Part shown: piece by piece, positions 45,171 to 59,293 of the stretch
Layout of the letters: every line of letters starts with the position of its first letter
How positions within the stretch are numbered: the stretch's first letter is position 1
Origin: Octopus sinensis
Taxonomy: Eukaryota
Direction of reading: 5' to 3'
NCBI RefSeq assembly: GCF_006345805.1
Contig: NC_043024.1
Location: forward strand, 5,332,001 to 5,396,000
DNA length: 64,000 nucleotides
Translations under genes and position numbers: made by a program
Notes under the pieces: generated by a model
Told to the model about the DNA's origin: nothing
Database searches by the model: none
The model's input: the letters and a program-made list of their open reading frames with translations, nothing else

Positions 45171-45211
45171 CTCTGTTCCTATATTTCACTCTCACTGTAT
45201 CTCGGGCGAAA

Positions 45212-46120
45212 ATGTCAAGAAACTGGTCTGCGAGGGAGTTGCAATTGTTCGTCCGCGCTTGGAAGATTGCCGAGGACGACTCGCCGAACAATATCATTGC
45301 AGCGGCGCTGAAGAGCAATGATTTTTCAAGAACCACCGTCCAGATAGAGCGAAAGAAACGAGAATTTATCCGTTCATACGCTCTAATCAGGCAACATGTA
45401 GACACTCTGGACATCATCCTAGGAAGTGACGGCACCAGGGAAGGCCAAAAGGATGGAGAAAACATCCAGGACCCAACAAAAGACAAAACCGAGAAACCTA
45501 GAACACAGGGAAACAATGACACATGTCCAGCTCCCAACACCACAACTGAAGACCAAAGAGGTGCGATGGCCGCAAGAAAAGAAAAGCACCCTAAAATTGA
45601 TGGGAAACAGGAGGTAAAAGGCAAGAAAATCAAAGCTAAAACAAACCCTGTCCAGAGAAAACAAAAGGATCCCAGCAAGAACTATAAGGGCAAAGAAAGA
45701 AACATCTGCAAATTCTACCCGAAGGGGGACTGCTGGTATGGCGTCGAAGGTGCTAACTGTCGCTTTGCACATCAGAGGCCCTACCAAAACTGCACGGATG
45801 CGAGACAGGGGTCCCTCCCTTGGGTAGAACAAAAAGAAAAAGAAAAATATAAAAGAAGGAAAAAAAGCGCACTGACCACTCCTGAAAGACGATATGCGGA
45901 TGTGGTGCGCAGTAACCCAACAAATGGCCAGCTTCACCCAGATGTGAGAAGGGCAGCAGCTGAACAGCAATCTTTTTTGTGCATGGCACAAAATATTGTT
46001 CAGCAGCTGACCTGGCTACAAGCACAAAGCTGGAACTACCACCACATAAGGCCACCTCCAACAGATGCAGGATGGCAACCACAGACACCAACACACACAC
46101 CACAAAAATATTTCTACTGA
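45212..46120 (+). CDS. CR1-type LINE ORF1 with CCCH-like zinc finger, 302 aa
   Basis: Open ATG-initiated frame directly upstream of and overlapping ORF2; CKFYPKGDCWYGVEGANCRFAH. Confidence 0.7.
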   Translation: MSRNWSARELQLFVRAWKIAEDDSPNNIIAAALKSNDFSRTTVQIERKKREFIRSYALIRQHVDTLDIILGSDGTREGQKDGENIQDPTKDKTEKPRTQGNNDTCPAPNTTTEDQRGAMAARKEKHPKIDGKQEVKGKKIKAKTNPVQRKQKDPSKNYKGKERNICKFYPKGDCWYGVEGANCRFAHQRPYQNCTDARQGSLPWVEQKEKEKYKRRKKSALTTPERRYADVVRSNPTNGQLHPDVRRAAAEQQSFLCMAQNIVQQLTWLQAQSWNYHHIRPPPTDAGWQPQTPTHTPQKYFY

Positions 46121-48540
46121 ATGTAGGAGGGCTGCTGCGCGGAAACTGTAAAAAGAAAATTTCATTCCTGAGAGACCTTGTGACATGCAATCAAGCTATA
46201 TGCATGGCACTCACAGAAACGCATCTTGAATCCGATATAGGTGATGCAGAAATACACATGCCACAATATGCAGTCATACGCACAGATAGAAAAGGGAGGA
46301 GCCATGGTGGAGTTGCAATGTACATCCGAGATGACCTCACACCCCAGTTCCTGTTGTCATATTCAAACTCAGCGTGTGAAACTCAAATTGTACACATAAG
46401 ACAACTGAATATCGTCATATGCACTACATATCGCCCACCAGATGCCCCAAAACACTCAGGCATGTTTGAAGACTGCCTAACAAAAATAGGAGAAGTCCTC
46501 ACCAACCTTGAACAACACAACAGTGTATTCTTCATGGGTGACTTTAACTTCCCCAATGTGGAATGGCCTGGGGGCAGATGCTCTCAGGGATGACACACTA
46601 TCAGCAGGCACAGGCTCCATCTCACAAATGCTTCTTCCATGGAGCAAATAGTTCTGCAACCAACAAGGGCAGATAATATACTGGATCTCTGCTTCACAAA
46701 CAATATGGATATTATCCATAATGTTAATGTGATGCTGACAATGATCTCGGATCACAACATAATAGAGCTGTCTATGTATGGAACAAAAGCCCCCGTAGAC
46801 ACACAGCCTATACGAAGCATCCACCATCTCTCCAACTTAAACTTTCATAAAGCAAACTGGAAGTTGATTGAGAAAGAGATCCTCAAACAGGATTGGCCTA
46901 AATGTCTCTCCACACCGGACATTAACATGAAACACAAACACTTCATGTCCATAATACAAGCCATATGGGACAAATATGTTCCAGTGTGCAGGGCCAGCAC
47001 ACACAAAAACAAAAACAGGATCCCTAGAGAAAGGAAGATTCTTATGAGATGACGGACAAGGATTGCGAACCGCCTGAGCAAGTACACTAAAAGTGGTGAG
47101 AAGTCTCGGCTCGAGAGAATGCTAATGGAAATTGAGAAAAGTCTGCATCAGTCCCATGAAAAGGAGAGAGCAGATAAAGAAGCTTGGGTAATAGAAAATA
47201 TAAAATCAAACCCTAAAGCTTTCTTTAAGTTTGCCAAAGAGACAGCCATAGTGCACCAGAGAATAGGACCTCTCTTCCAAAAAGATGGCTCTCTCACAGG
47301 AAATCCCACGAGGATAAGTGAAATACTGAACGAACAGTTCCAAAGTGTGTTCACTACACCTCTAGGACACAGGCAAGTAAACAACCCAGAAGAATTCTTT
47401 GCCACTTTACCTGCGGCCAAAGAGGCAAAAATTGAGTACATCAACATCGAAGATGATGATATCACACTAGCCATAGATGAGATTGACACAAACTCAGCTG
47501 CTGGACCCGATGGATTCCCAGCAATCCTTCTCACATTGTGCAAACAAGCCCTTGCAAAACCACTACAGCTTCTTTTTCAGAGGTTTCTTGCAAGTGGTAA
47601 GCTCCCAGTGAAATTGAAAGAGGGGGTAATATGCCCTATCCATAAGGGAGGTAGCAGAGCAGATGCTAAAAATTATAGGCCTATCTCTCTGACCTCACAC
47701 ATCAGCAAAGTCATGGAATGAATAGTCCGTAAGAAACTAATCATGTTCCTTGAAGAAAATGACTTGCTGTCTGACACCCAGCATGGATTTCGACCAGGTA
47801 GAAGCTGCCTAACACAGCTCCTGCAACACTATGACTGGGTGTTGAAACAGCTACTAAATGGCTCAAATGTGGATGTAATATATCTCGACTTTGCAAAAGC
47901 CTTTGATAAGGTCGACCATGGTATGATCTGTCACAAATTGCGTGGTCTTGGCATAGGCGGAAAACTTGGAGAGTGGCTGCACAACTTCCTAAAAGACAGA
48001 AAACAGGCAGTTGTGAGCAATGGAGCCACCTCCAAGGAAACACAAATAGCAAGCGGTGTCACACAGGGCACTGTCTTGGGGCCACTGATGTTCATAGTGG
48101 CCCTTTAAGACATGGCTTCAGTTGCTACGATGAACACCCTTGCTAGCTATGCAGATGACACAAAAGTCTCCCACGCAATACAAAACCCTGAAAATATTGC
48201 GCATCTGCAACAGGAGTTGGACACAATATACAGTTGGGCTGAGGACAACAACATGCAGTTTAATGCAGGTAAGTTCCAGGCCCTGCGCTACTGGCACACA
48301 AAGGTAAACGACGTGCAGACTGGATACACTGGCCCAGGAAGAATTGCAATCCCTGAGTCAAAATCAGTGCGTGACCTGGGCATTGACATGAGCAATGATG
48401 CATCTTTCCAAGTGCATATTACTAATCTGGTGATAAAATGCAGACGGCTAGCTGGATGGCTTCTCCAAACTTTCAGAACAATAAGAGAAGGAGACACTGA
48501 TGGTCCTATGGAAAACATTCGTCCTCAGCCGCTTGGACTA
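46072..48540 (+). pseudogene. CR1-type LINE ORF2 (endonuclease-RT), several stops, 3'-truncated at (TA)n
   Basis: LTETHL, HGGVAMY, GDFN, LDLCFTN, SDHN, GPDGFP, NYRPISLTS, QHGF, YLDFAKAFDKVDH, QGTVLGP and YADDTK. Confidence 0.92.
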
Positions 48541-48556
48541 TGTAGTATATATGTAG

Positions 48557-48633
<77 letters not shown>

Positions 48634-49659
48634 AGTATATATATATATAGTATATATGTAGTATATATATGTATAAGCATAAATACATATATATACATAT
48701 GTGTATATTCATGCAAGCTGCCGCATACAGACACATGCACAGCAACAAACAAAAAGAAACAGCTCCAATAATGGACATGGTCAAGAACCAGTGAAGAGGT
48801 TGCAAGAATTAAGGAATATTTTAGAAAATAAATAAATGAACGGTCCTCAAAAGTAACCCCCGAATTGTTTTCCCACAAAATTCCTACCTTCTCGGAATCT
48901 ATATCGTCCGAGGTATATTTGTAGAAAATATCATTTAAAAATATAACATTTCTTGAAAGTTAAGAAGAATTGAAGTTGACGCCGCTGAATTTTCCAAAAC
49001 TCCTCACACCAAAAGCACTTTCCTACAAAAGTTTTGTATATTCCGAATCTACATACTATAACAAATATTCGTAGAATATTTAATTAAAGTTACGATCATC
49101 CAAAGTGGTGGGGCATGAATCTGTAGTTATGCCGCTACTCCGTTCGTTTTTACTCGTTAATCACGTTTTCTTCTCATTTTACAAATAAATTTCGTCTATA
49201 TCACATCTAACAGCCAATAATAGGTTTTCAGAAAGAACAAACCAACATTTCAGTTTGGAAGTTATTATTTAAGACGAGGAAATATATTTTCCTAAAGTTT
49301 TTATGTTTTCGCTTCGAAATAATTACTGTGACACCGAGAAGTTCACAGAATTCTATTAATTACATTGTTATTAGTAGTATTATTATCATCATTGTCAACT
49401 TACCGTATTCAGACAAACACTGCAAATCACAGACCGATAACTAATTAGTCTAATTAATAATAATGATGATAATTTCAAAGCACCTTGCACACTCGGGAAG
49501 CCAGTAAGTGTATGACGTCATCAAGAGTGAAAGCGCGCCGTTTCGTGGTTGACCGATCGATGGTCGGAATGAGCTATTATAAAAGTTATTTCCCTTCGTT
49601 CCATAGTATTTCTGTAATTCTCTCCTAGGTAGTTCTACTGACTTGGTGGTATTCCCTCC

Positions 49660-49790
49660 AGTATCCCCCTTAGCTTTATTGTTAATATCTGTATTTTGTG
49701 TCAAGGCGCTCATTTGAGGGAATGATTTGCCACAGATCTCGCACTGATATATCTTCTCTCCTGTAAGAATATATTTCTGTTTAGCGAAAA
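49660..49790 (-). pseudogene. Single degenerate C2H2 finger relic
   Basis: TGEKIYQCEICGKSFPQMSALTQN. Confidence 0.6.
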
Positions 49791-50489
49791 CGCTAAATAG
49801 AAAATCTCACAGTGATAAAATCTTTATTATGATCCTGAGATCGAACATAGAAAACGACATAACAGTACAAAGAGTTACAAAAATGGGATCTTTTCCTTTT
49901 GAACGGCAGTTTTCAATACAATTTCTAGTTAACTAAACACTTTTAAACTTTGTATACTGGTAGAATGTGTCAAAATAAAACATTTTTTCTCTTGGCTTTC
50001 TTGAGAAAATTGTAATTTGTAAGTTTAACGTAGATGAATTTTTCGAATTTTAACCAATCCTATGCCCTCTATTGAGCTAAAATCATTTGCTGTGTCTAAA
50101 ACAGACAACATCCTGTCATTAACCCTTCAACTGCAGGATGCATTTCCTAATGTCAACCCTTCTACAGAGTGCACTGGGTGTCATTTTTTCTTTTTTATGT
50201 GAAAACAAAACTGACAGGGTCCCCAAGGACCTTGCAAGACAAGTAGCTCAAAACTGGCAGGGAGGAAGGTAGTATTGAAGGGACGTCACCTTGTGCCAGT
50301 TGACAGGTTTAAGGTACAAAGGGAACAGGGTCCAGATATAGAGCAAAAAAACAAGCACAAAATAAATATTTTATTCATTATTCTTTATTAAGAAATTCCT
50401 ATAACTGATGAAAGGAAAAAGCCTGTGTTTTAGCAGACCAAATAGTGTTAATTATTGTTATGACTTAATAAATTTTGACATTGAGACAG

Positions 50490-51557
<1,068 letters not shown>

Positions 51558-51797
51558 AATGATAAAGTGTTTTTATTTCCATGAATACATTTCTCTTCAC
51601 TTTTGTCACTTCATTCAGATAACAATTAAATGCAATGTTTCTTCCATACATTCCACAGAAAGAAAAATATTCCGCTGTTCCTTGTTGTAGACTGTATTTA
51701 TATACAGAGGTAGACTTATTCATGAATGCTCCTTAAAAATATACTGTCTTCCTTTAGGTGATGAGAATATATTAAAGACACACACACACACAAACAC

Positions 51798-51897
<100 letters not shown>

Positions 51898-51940
51898 TAT
51901 ATATATATAAAGATATATACATATATATATATATATGGGT

Positions 51941-53306
51941 ACTTTTCTACAAGCGTGGTCCCGGTGCTAGCTAGTCGTGACTAGTCGATCTTACAAAGAC
52001 TACGTAACGCGAGTGCGTGACTAAAAATCACACTCGCATGCGCTAGACATGTATGAGATTTTTTTTAACAAATAATTTTTTTTAAACAAAGAAAAAGTAA
52101 TTTCTTTTGTTGAGTCTTTTATTTACTTTGTTTAAGACAAAACCCATTTTATTTTATATATATTCAGCCATTATATACATATATTATTATGCGCGAATCT
52201 GTTAATTTGCATACTCGCACTAGGTAGTCGTTGAAGGATCGACCAGTCACAACGGACTAGCACAAGTGCGCGCACCGGGACCATTCTTCTTGAGTAGTAC
52301 CTTTGGTAGAGTATGGAGGACTGGTTATGTGGTCATGCTGCCTCTAATTTTTATTTCATCCCCCTGCAATGCTTCTAGATGTCTCACCAACGTATGTAAT
52401 GTTCTTGTCTTTACAAGCACCCCACAACAAAATCTCTGTCTATAGATGGGTAGAGGCGAATTATATCCATTCTACCCGGACACAAACTGTGAGGTGTTCA
52501 GAGGGTTTGCAGCTATTGATTCTCCTGAGGAGATCCTCCCTGCTCACAAAGACGTGTGTCGCCATTTCCGTGAGTGGTCGTAACACCTGCGAGAGGAAGG
52601 AGAATAATTACCATTGTCCCTTTTTTAATGAAGGACTCATGAAATTGTAAGATGTATTTGGAGTCAGGATTTTGCTTGTTGAGTCGACTCTACTTTTTGG
52701 GGTTATAAAATATTAATGTTGATGATAATAATAATAATGATTTTTTTTTTGTATTTTTAAGTAGAAAACCTGAAATTTGTAGGAAGGGGACGAGTTAATT
52801 TCAGGGACTCGAGTGCTCTACTGCTTATTTTATTTACCTCGAAAGGATGTGGGCTAGCTAGCAAGCTGGTCTTCAGAGAAGGGAGTCCTGGTTAGATGGG
52901 AGGGGCAGCTGGATGCTCAAATGATCGATTGTACTCGCCCTCACAGTGATTGAAGAGAAATAAACAATGCACAGACACACTCCCATTCCTGATTGCTTTT
53001 ATCTCTAGTTTGACAAAGCTATTTACGAACGAAATGCTGTTAAGCAATTAATCCGGCATCTTAGTGATTCTGCCAGTATTTAATATTGTAGCAGGTCAGG
53101 AAAGCTATTTTAGTTGGGACACCATAGCACTGTTCTGCTATGTCATTCTTCAGCCCATCAGGGTGGGCACGTATGGATCCTAGAGGGCAATTCAGTATCC
53201 ATGAAGAGAAGTGGGAGTTTTAATTAGTTAGTGGAAAGGCGGCAGACGAGTAACAATGCTTCTTTATCATTAACTCTGATCACTTCATAAACAGCCCATT
53301 TCACTT
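51941..53306. repeat. 1.4-kb direct duplicate of 60388-61867
   Basis: Colinear, few substitutions; second copy has about 90 extra bases near 61310-61400. Confidence 0.92.
51956..52283. mobile_element. MITE-like element with about 70-bp imperfect TIRs (second copy 60403-60746)
   Basis: TGGTCCCGGTGC...GTGACTAGTCGATC...GACTAC...GCGAGT mirrored at the right end; AT-rich core; TSD not resolved. Confidence 0.6.
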
Positions 53307-53487
53307 TTCAGTAATCATCAAAGAAAGGAGAAATTAGTTGCTGGGCCTTATAGGCTGCCGGGTTCAAAATTCGGAGCCTGCACTTCTCCCCCTTTTCATT
53401 TTAACATATGCTAAGTTTTCTAATGTTATTAAAAAAGAAACGCACAAAAGTTCTCATTATAAAGGCAGAAGTAAGCCAAGTTCACTC

Positions 53488-54505
53488 TGGGTCCAGTGTA
53501 TTCATTGGGTATTGCATTTAGTTTTGCATGCTGATAGTATAAAGCTTGAAACTTTTCAGCATTGAACTGCATGCTATTCTTTTCAGCCCACTTGTATATT
53601 TTGTCCAGCTCACATTGCAGGCGTTTAGTGTCCTCAGGGTTCTGTATTGCCTGTGAAACTTTTGTATCATCTGCATAACTTGTGATCGTGGCTCTCTGCA
53701 TGGCTGAGGGCATGTCTGAGAGGGCCATTATGAACAGTAGTGGTCCCAAAACAGTGCCCTGCGGAACACCGCTCACTATTTGCGTGTTAATGGAAGTGGC
53801 CCCATTGGCTACTACCACCTGACTTCTATCTTTCAGAAAGTCACGAAGCCATTCTCCCAGTTTTCCAACCATGCTAAGATCATACAGTTTGTGACATATC
53901 ATTCCATGATCGACTTTATCAAAGGCCTTTGCAAAGTCGAGATATATCACTTCCACATTTGAGTGGTTGAGCAGTCGTTTCAGCACCCAGTCATAGTGTT
54001 GTAGGAGCTGAGTTAAGCAGCTTCTTCCTGGTCGGAAACCATGTTGGGTGTCAGGCAGCAAGTCATTTTCTTCAAGGAAGGTGATCAGTTTCCTTCTGAC
54101 TATTCGTTCCATGACCTTGCTGATGTGTGAGGTCAGAGAGATAGGTCTGTAGTTCTTGGCCTCCGCTCTGCTACCTCCTTTATGAATAGGGCATATTTTA
54201 CCTTCCTTCAGTTTTCTTGGAAGTTTGCCAGCTGCAAGGAAGCTCTGAAAGAGGAACTGCAGTGGTCTTGCTAGGACTCTCTTACATACTTTTAGGAGGA
54301 TTGCCGGGAATCCATCGGGACCAGTAGCTGAGTTTGTTTTCATCTCATCTATAGCCTTTATTACATCGTCTTCCTTTATATCGATGTAATTTATCGTCGC
54401 CGCCTCTGATTCTATATCTGCAGTGGTAAAGATGTCAGTTGGATTGGTGATTTGGAAATGCCCAAGGGGTGGAGTGAAAACACTCTTGAATTGCTCATTC
54501 AGTAT
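53488..54505 (-). mobile_element. CR1-type LINE RT fragment
   Basis: LNEQFKSVFT to YADDTK...EYTGPR in one open frame; related to 47320-48330. Confidence 0.9.
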
Positions 54506-54630
54506 TATATATATATGTATTTTGATATATATATATATATATACAAAATATATATATATATATAGAAAAAAATTTAATACATGTATTTTTATATATATAT
54601 ATATACAAAATATGTAAATATAAATGTATA

Positions 54631-54666
<36 letters not shown>

Positions 54667-54916
54667 TATACAAAACCTCGCTAAGCTAAGTATATATTTA
54701 TATTTAAGTTCTTTAAATTTTAATATTTATAAGTCTTATGGTATAATATTATTGTTTTTTTTATGTATATATCGTTATTTATCTAATTATTGTAATTTTC
54801 TATATAATTATTAGATCTTAACTTTAAGTTTATTCGTAAGAATTTACTTAGCGATAGATATGTTGTTTGATAGCAAGTATATGAGTTGGTTAAAGTTAGA
54901 TTCATGTATATACCCT

Positions 54917-55292
54917 TTTACTCGTTTCAATCATTTTACTGTGGACATGCTGGAGCACAGCCTTTAGTCAAGCAAATCGACCCCGGACTTATTCTTTGTA
55001 AGCCCAGTACTTATTCTATTGGTCTCTTTTGCCGAACCGCTATGTGACGGGGACGTAAACACACCAGCATCGGTTGTCAAGCAATGCTAGGGGGACAAAC
55101 ACAGACACACAAACACACACATAAATATATTTATACATATATACGACAGGCTTCTTTCAGTTTCTGTCTACCAAATCCACTCACAAGGCATTGGTCGCCC
55201 CGGGGCTATAGCAGAAGACACTTGCCCAAGATGCCACGCAGTGGCACTGAACCCGGAACCATGTGGTTGGTTAGCAAGCTACTTACCACACA
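54917..55292 (-). repeat. Complete tRNA-derived SINE
   Basis: Same structure as 29538-29900. Confidence 0.85.
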
Positions 55293-55310
55293 CACACACA
55301 TATATATGTA

Positions 55311-55348
<38 letters not shown>

Positions 55349-55760
55349 CTTGTATATATGTATATGTATACATGTATATGTATAGATGTCTGTCTGAATC
55401 CTCAAAACTTGAGAACTACGCAGCCAATTTCATTCAAATTTTACACATACCTTACTTCGGGTCCATGTAGTGTCACATTTTTAACTTCTTGCCTTGTGCG
55501 AGCCCAGAGCAATATCATATCTTCTCCACTATTTCAGTATTACGTGTTAAAAGTGAAACAATAAAATCTCTCTATTGTAATGTCAGATACTTTCACTTTA
55601 ATACTGAAACTATTAAAGTGAAACTATTATCTCATATATATATTTTCAGGTATTCATACATACATGCATACATATATAATAGATATATATATATATATAT
55701 ATATATCAACCCATGCTAGCATGGAAAGCGGACGCTAAACGATGATGATGATGATGATAT

Positions 55761-55869
55761 ATGCGAAGTATATTTGCCACTTAAATGTGGCTAACCACTA
55801 AGGGTGGATGCTACAGTAGCATCCACCCTAAGGGGTTAGCCACATTTAAGTGGCAAATATACTTCACAT
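55761..55869. other. Near-perfect hairpin with about 54-bp arms
   Basis: gaagtatatttgccacttaaatgtggctaacc..agggtggatgctac-a-gtagcatccaccct..ggttagccacatttaagtggcaaatatacttc. Confidence 0.92.
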
Positions 55870-55932
55870 TGTCATGCAGCTACTCTATGTATACTTCGTT
55901 CAGAGATTTATTATTGCTTATATATATGTGAA

Positions 55933-56264
55933 GGCACATGGCTCAGTGGTTAGAGCGTCGAGCTTACGATCGTGAGGTTGTGAGCTCGAATCCCGGACCA
56001 GGCTATGTGTTGTGTTCTTGAGCAAGACACTTTATTTCACATTGCTCCAGTTAACTCAGCTGTAGAAATGAGTGCGATGTCACAGGTGCCAAGCTGTATC
56101 GGCCCCTTTGCCTTTCCCTTGGATAACAATAGTAGCATGGAGAGGGGAGGCCGGAATGCATGGGCGACTGCTGGTATTCCATAAACCACCTTACCCAGAC
56201 TTGTGACTAGGAGGGTAACTTTCTAGGTGCAATCCCTTGGTCAGTGTCGTGACTGAAGGGGGTC

Positions 56265-56266
<2 letters not shown>
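55933..56266 (+). repeat. tRNA-derived SINE (different family)
   Basis: A box TGGCTCAGTGG, B-box-like GCTCGAATCCC, then ttcttgagcaagacactt core. Confidence 0.8.
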
Positions 56267-56326
<60 letters not shown>

Positions 56327-56442
56327 TATGTACACATCTGCACAAATTTATATATATAGAGAGATGTATATATATATATATATATGCATGTATATATATA
56401 GAAGTCTATGTATACATGTATATGCATAGCTGTATATGTATA

Positions 56443-56485
<43 letters not shown>

Positions 56486-56982
56486 GATGTAGATATATAC
56501 ATGTATATGTGTAGATGTATATATAATGATGTACATGTAATATGTACACACATATATATACACATATATACATGCATACATATATACACCCATGCACACA
56601 CAGACAGACCAACCAAAGACTTGTAGGTAGATTTTATAGACAGAAACTGAAAGAAACCAATCGTATATATATGTATGTATATATGTAAGTGTATGTGTGT
56701 GTCTTTGTCTCTGTGTTTCTCCCTCATCAATGCTTCACAACTGCTGTTCGTTTATTGACATCCCCATAACTTACTGGTTTCACAAGAAGAAACTGATAGA
56801 ATAAGTACCAGGATTATCAAAATAATAAAAAACCACTAGGCTAAGTCTCATATTTTTGCTTGCCCACTCAGTTGTATCTATCAATCCAACTTTTGTGTGT
56901 GTTTGTGTAAATATATATATATATATATAAAATATACACACACACACACAGATATACATGTATGTAAATGTACATATTCATA

Positions 56983-58522
56983 TCTATTATATCAAAATCA
57001 ATGTGTTTATATGTGTTCGTGTGTTACTTTTACATTCGAAAAATGCTGCACCGATCCTAATGAAATTTGGAACAGAAAATCCAAGCCTAGGGAGAAGGGC
57101 AATGCTGTGTGTTTCATACAATTTCATAGGCCAAAATTACTGAATCCTTATGATATTTGGAACTTAGATTCAATGCATAAAGGTGGGTATAATGCAATAT
57201 GTTTGGTTTGAATTTGAGACAGCTTAAAGGGGGAGGAAACCCATGAAAATTCATGAATTTTCGATGTTGATGAAATTTTACCCATGCGTAATTGACACAC
57301 ATCAAGAAGTATTCTCAAAGTTTCCACTTCTTAAGAGGATTCTAAGACTCCTTAATGGGGGCATTAGCTCCCAAATTTTAGTCATTTTTTATGATCCAAA
57401 ACTAGGTCAAAAGTACTGAATGGACCTTTATAAAATTTGGAAATTATATTCTATGCATAAGGGCCATAATCACCATGACAATTCATATATTTTTGCTGTT
57501 GATGAAATTTTAACCATAGATTTTAGACACAAATGAAGTAACATTTCTAAAATTTCATGAAATTCAATGGTACAAGAGTGTAAGAGTTTGCTTTGAGATA
57601 TACTTAGATTGTGATTTCTGCGATGTGGTGCATAAATTGTCAAGTAAATGAGAGGAATCTTTGCCTCCACTGATTCGGTTGCAAAGTGTTGAGTAAAGTT
57701 TTTTGGTTGCGGACCTCCTTTGAGTCTTTTTATTATCATTGGGCCACACATAGTCCCCCGATGGTAACATTGATTTCCAGGTGAGTGACTGGTTATTGAA
57801 AGACATTTGTAGATTGTAAATTTATTCTGTCCAGTTACCTATCGGTATAGTGGTCATTTGCAAACTCCAAAGGTGACACTTTCATTTCCCATTAGCCCTC
57901 ACGTCACACAGTTGTTAATGTTTATTTCAGTTGGGTCATGCCCCTCCAATTGCTATAGATTCGTAATGCATCTTATGGCCGTGCCTGTCACCTGTATGGT
58001 GAGGAATCCTACATTGGGAAGTGGTAACGACTAGGGTAGGGTAACTGACTGCTTATTGTGATCATTTGTCTTTTGGTTTCCTGTAGCTTTGCTCTCTTTT
58101 ACAAACACAGTGAACATATAGATATTTCCTATTTCAAAGAAATTCAAACAATACATATAGGACCCAAGTTAAAAAGATTCTCACCAATTCAACTTCTCTG
58201 GTTGGCATTAAAACACCCACCCCCAATAGGGGCCTTAACTCCCACATTTTAGAGCTCCATGACATCCATTTTATAGGAGCAAAATCCTTTTAACAGGTTC
58301 CATAAGACTGGAATTTTGGATTCTGCATATAAAGATCAGTAGTATGAGATACATGTGTCATGATTAGAATTTTTTTAGGGTGTGTACAGAGGGAAAGAAC
58401 CCTCATCTGCAATTTTGATGAAATTTGAATCATAGATATTCCAGTTCATTAGAGAAAATATAACAGCAAAGTCTAATTCTTCAATTGCATGTACCATGGG
58501 CAACGCCGGGTATCTCTGCTAG
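56983..58522 (+). mobile_element. Non-autonomous Helitron-like element
   Basis: A|TC 5' end, GGC-AAC-GCC hairpin then CTAG|T 3' end, no TSD, internal repeats containing tgatgaaattt. Confidence 0.6.
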
Positions 58523-58727
58523 TATAAGATATCTTCACTTTAATAATTTCACTTTAATACTGAAACTATTAAAGTGAGACTATTATCTCACATATATACA
58601 GGCATACCTACATAAATACATACATATATATAATATATATATTATGTATATATATATGTATACATCTGCACAAATTAACTTGTATATCGAGGCATTACTG
58701 TATGTGCCTCCCGACCTCCCTACATTC

Positions 58728-58802
58728 ATACTTAATACATACATATATATATATACACACACACACACAACATACGTGACGCATCCTCTTCCAAGTAAGT
58801 TT

Positions 58803-58850
<48 letters not shown>

Positions 58851-59156
58851 TGTATGTATGTATGCATATATATATATATCTCCAAGTGATCTGGGTTCAA
58901 GTCCCATGGCAGATTGTAGACAAATTTTTGAATGTCGGTGCCCCAGCATGGCCACAGCTCATGAGCTGAAATTAGATGGAATGAAATGAAAAAAAAATAT
59001 ATATATAAATATGTATGTATATATATATATTTTTTTCATTTCATTCCATCTAATTTCAGCTCATGAGCTGTGGCCATGCTGGGGCACCGACATTCAAAAA
59101 TTTGTCTACAATCTGCCATGGGACTTGAACCCAGATCACTTGGAGATATATATATA

Positions 59157-59217
<61 letters not shown>

Positions 59218-59247
59218 AAACTTACTTGGAAGAGGATGCGTCACGTA

Positions 59248-59278
<31 letters not shown>

Positions 59279-59293
59279 GTATGTATTAAGTAT
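58728..59293. repeat. 566-bp inverted repeat (palindrome) with short AT spacer
   Basis: Core 58879-58996 is the exact reverse complement of about 59030-59147; outer arms also match. Confidence 0.95.

Noticed and set aside
44304-45321. Leu/Ser/Pro/Phe-rich ORFs
   Set aside because: Produced by the CT-rich low-complexity tract.
50119-50312. Possible piggyBac MITE (TTAA CCCTTCAACTG ... CAGTTGACAGGT TTAA)
   Set aside because: The TIR match is short and imperfect and no second copy or empty site is available; not supportable.
52369-52650. Conserved 93-aa ORF repeated at 60832-61113
   Set aside because: TTG start, no recognisable domain; the similarity just reflects the recent duplication.
55933-56010. 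tRNA gene
   Set aside because: A and B boxes are present but there is no complete cloverleaf, and it continues into a SINE body. The same applies to the other SINE heads.
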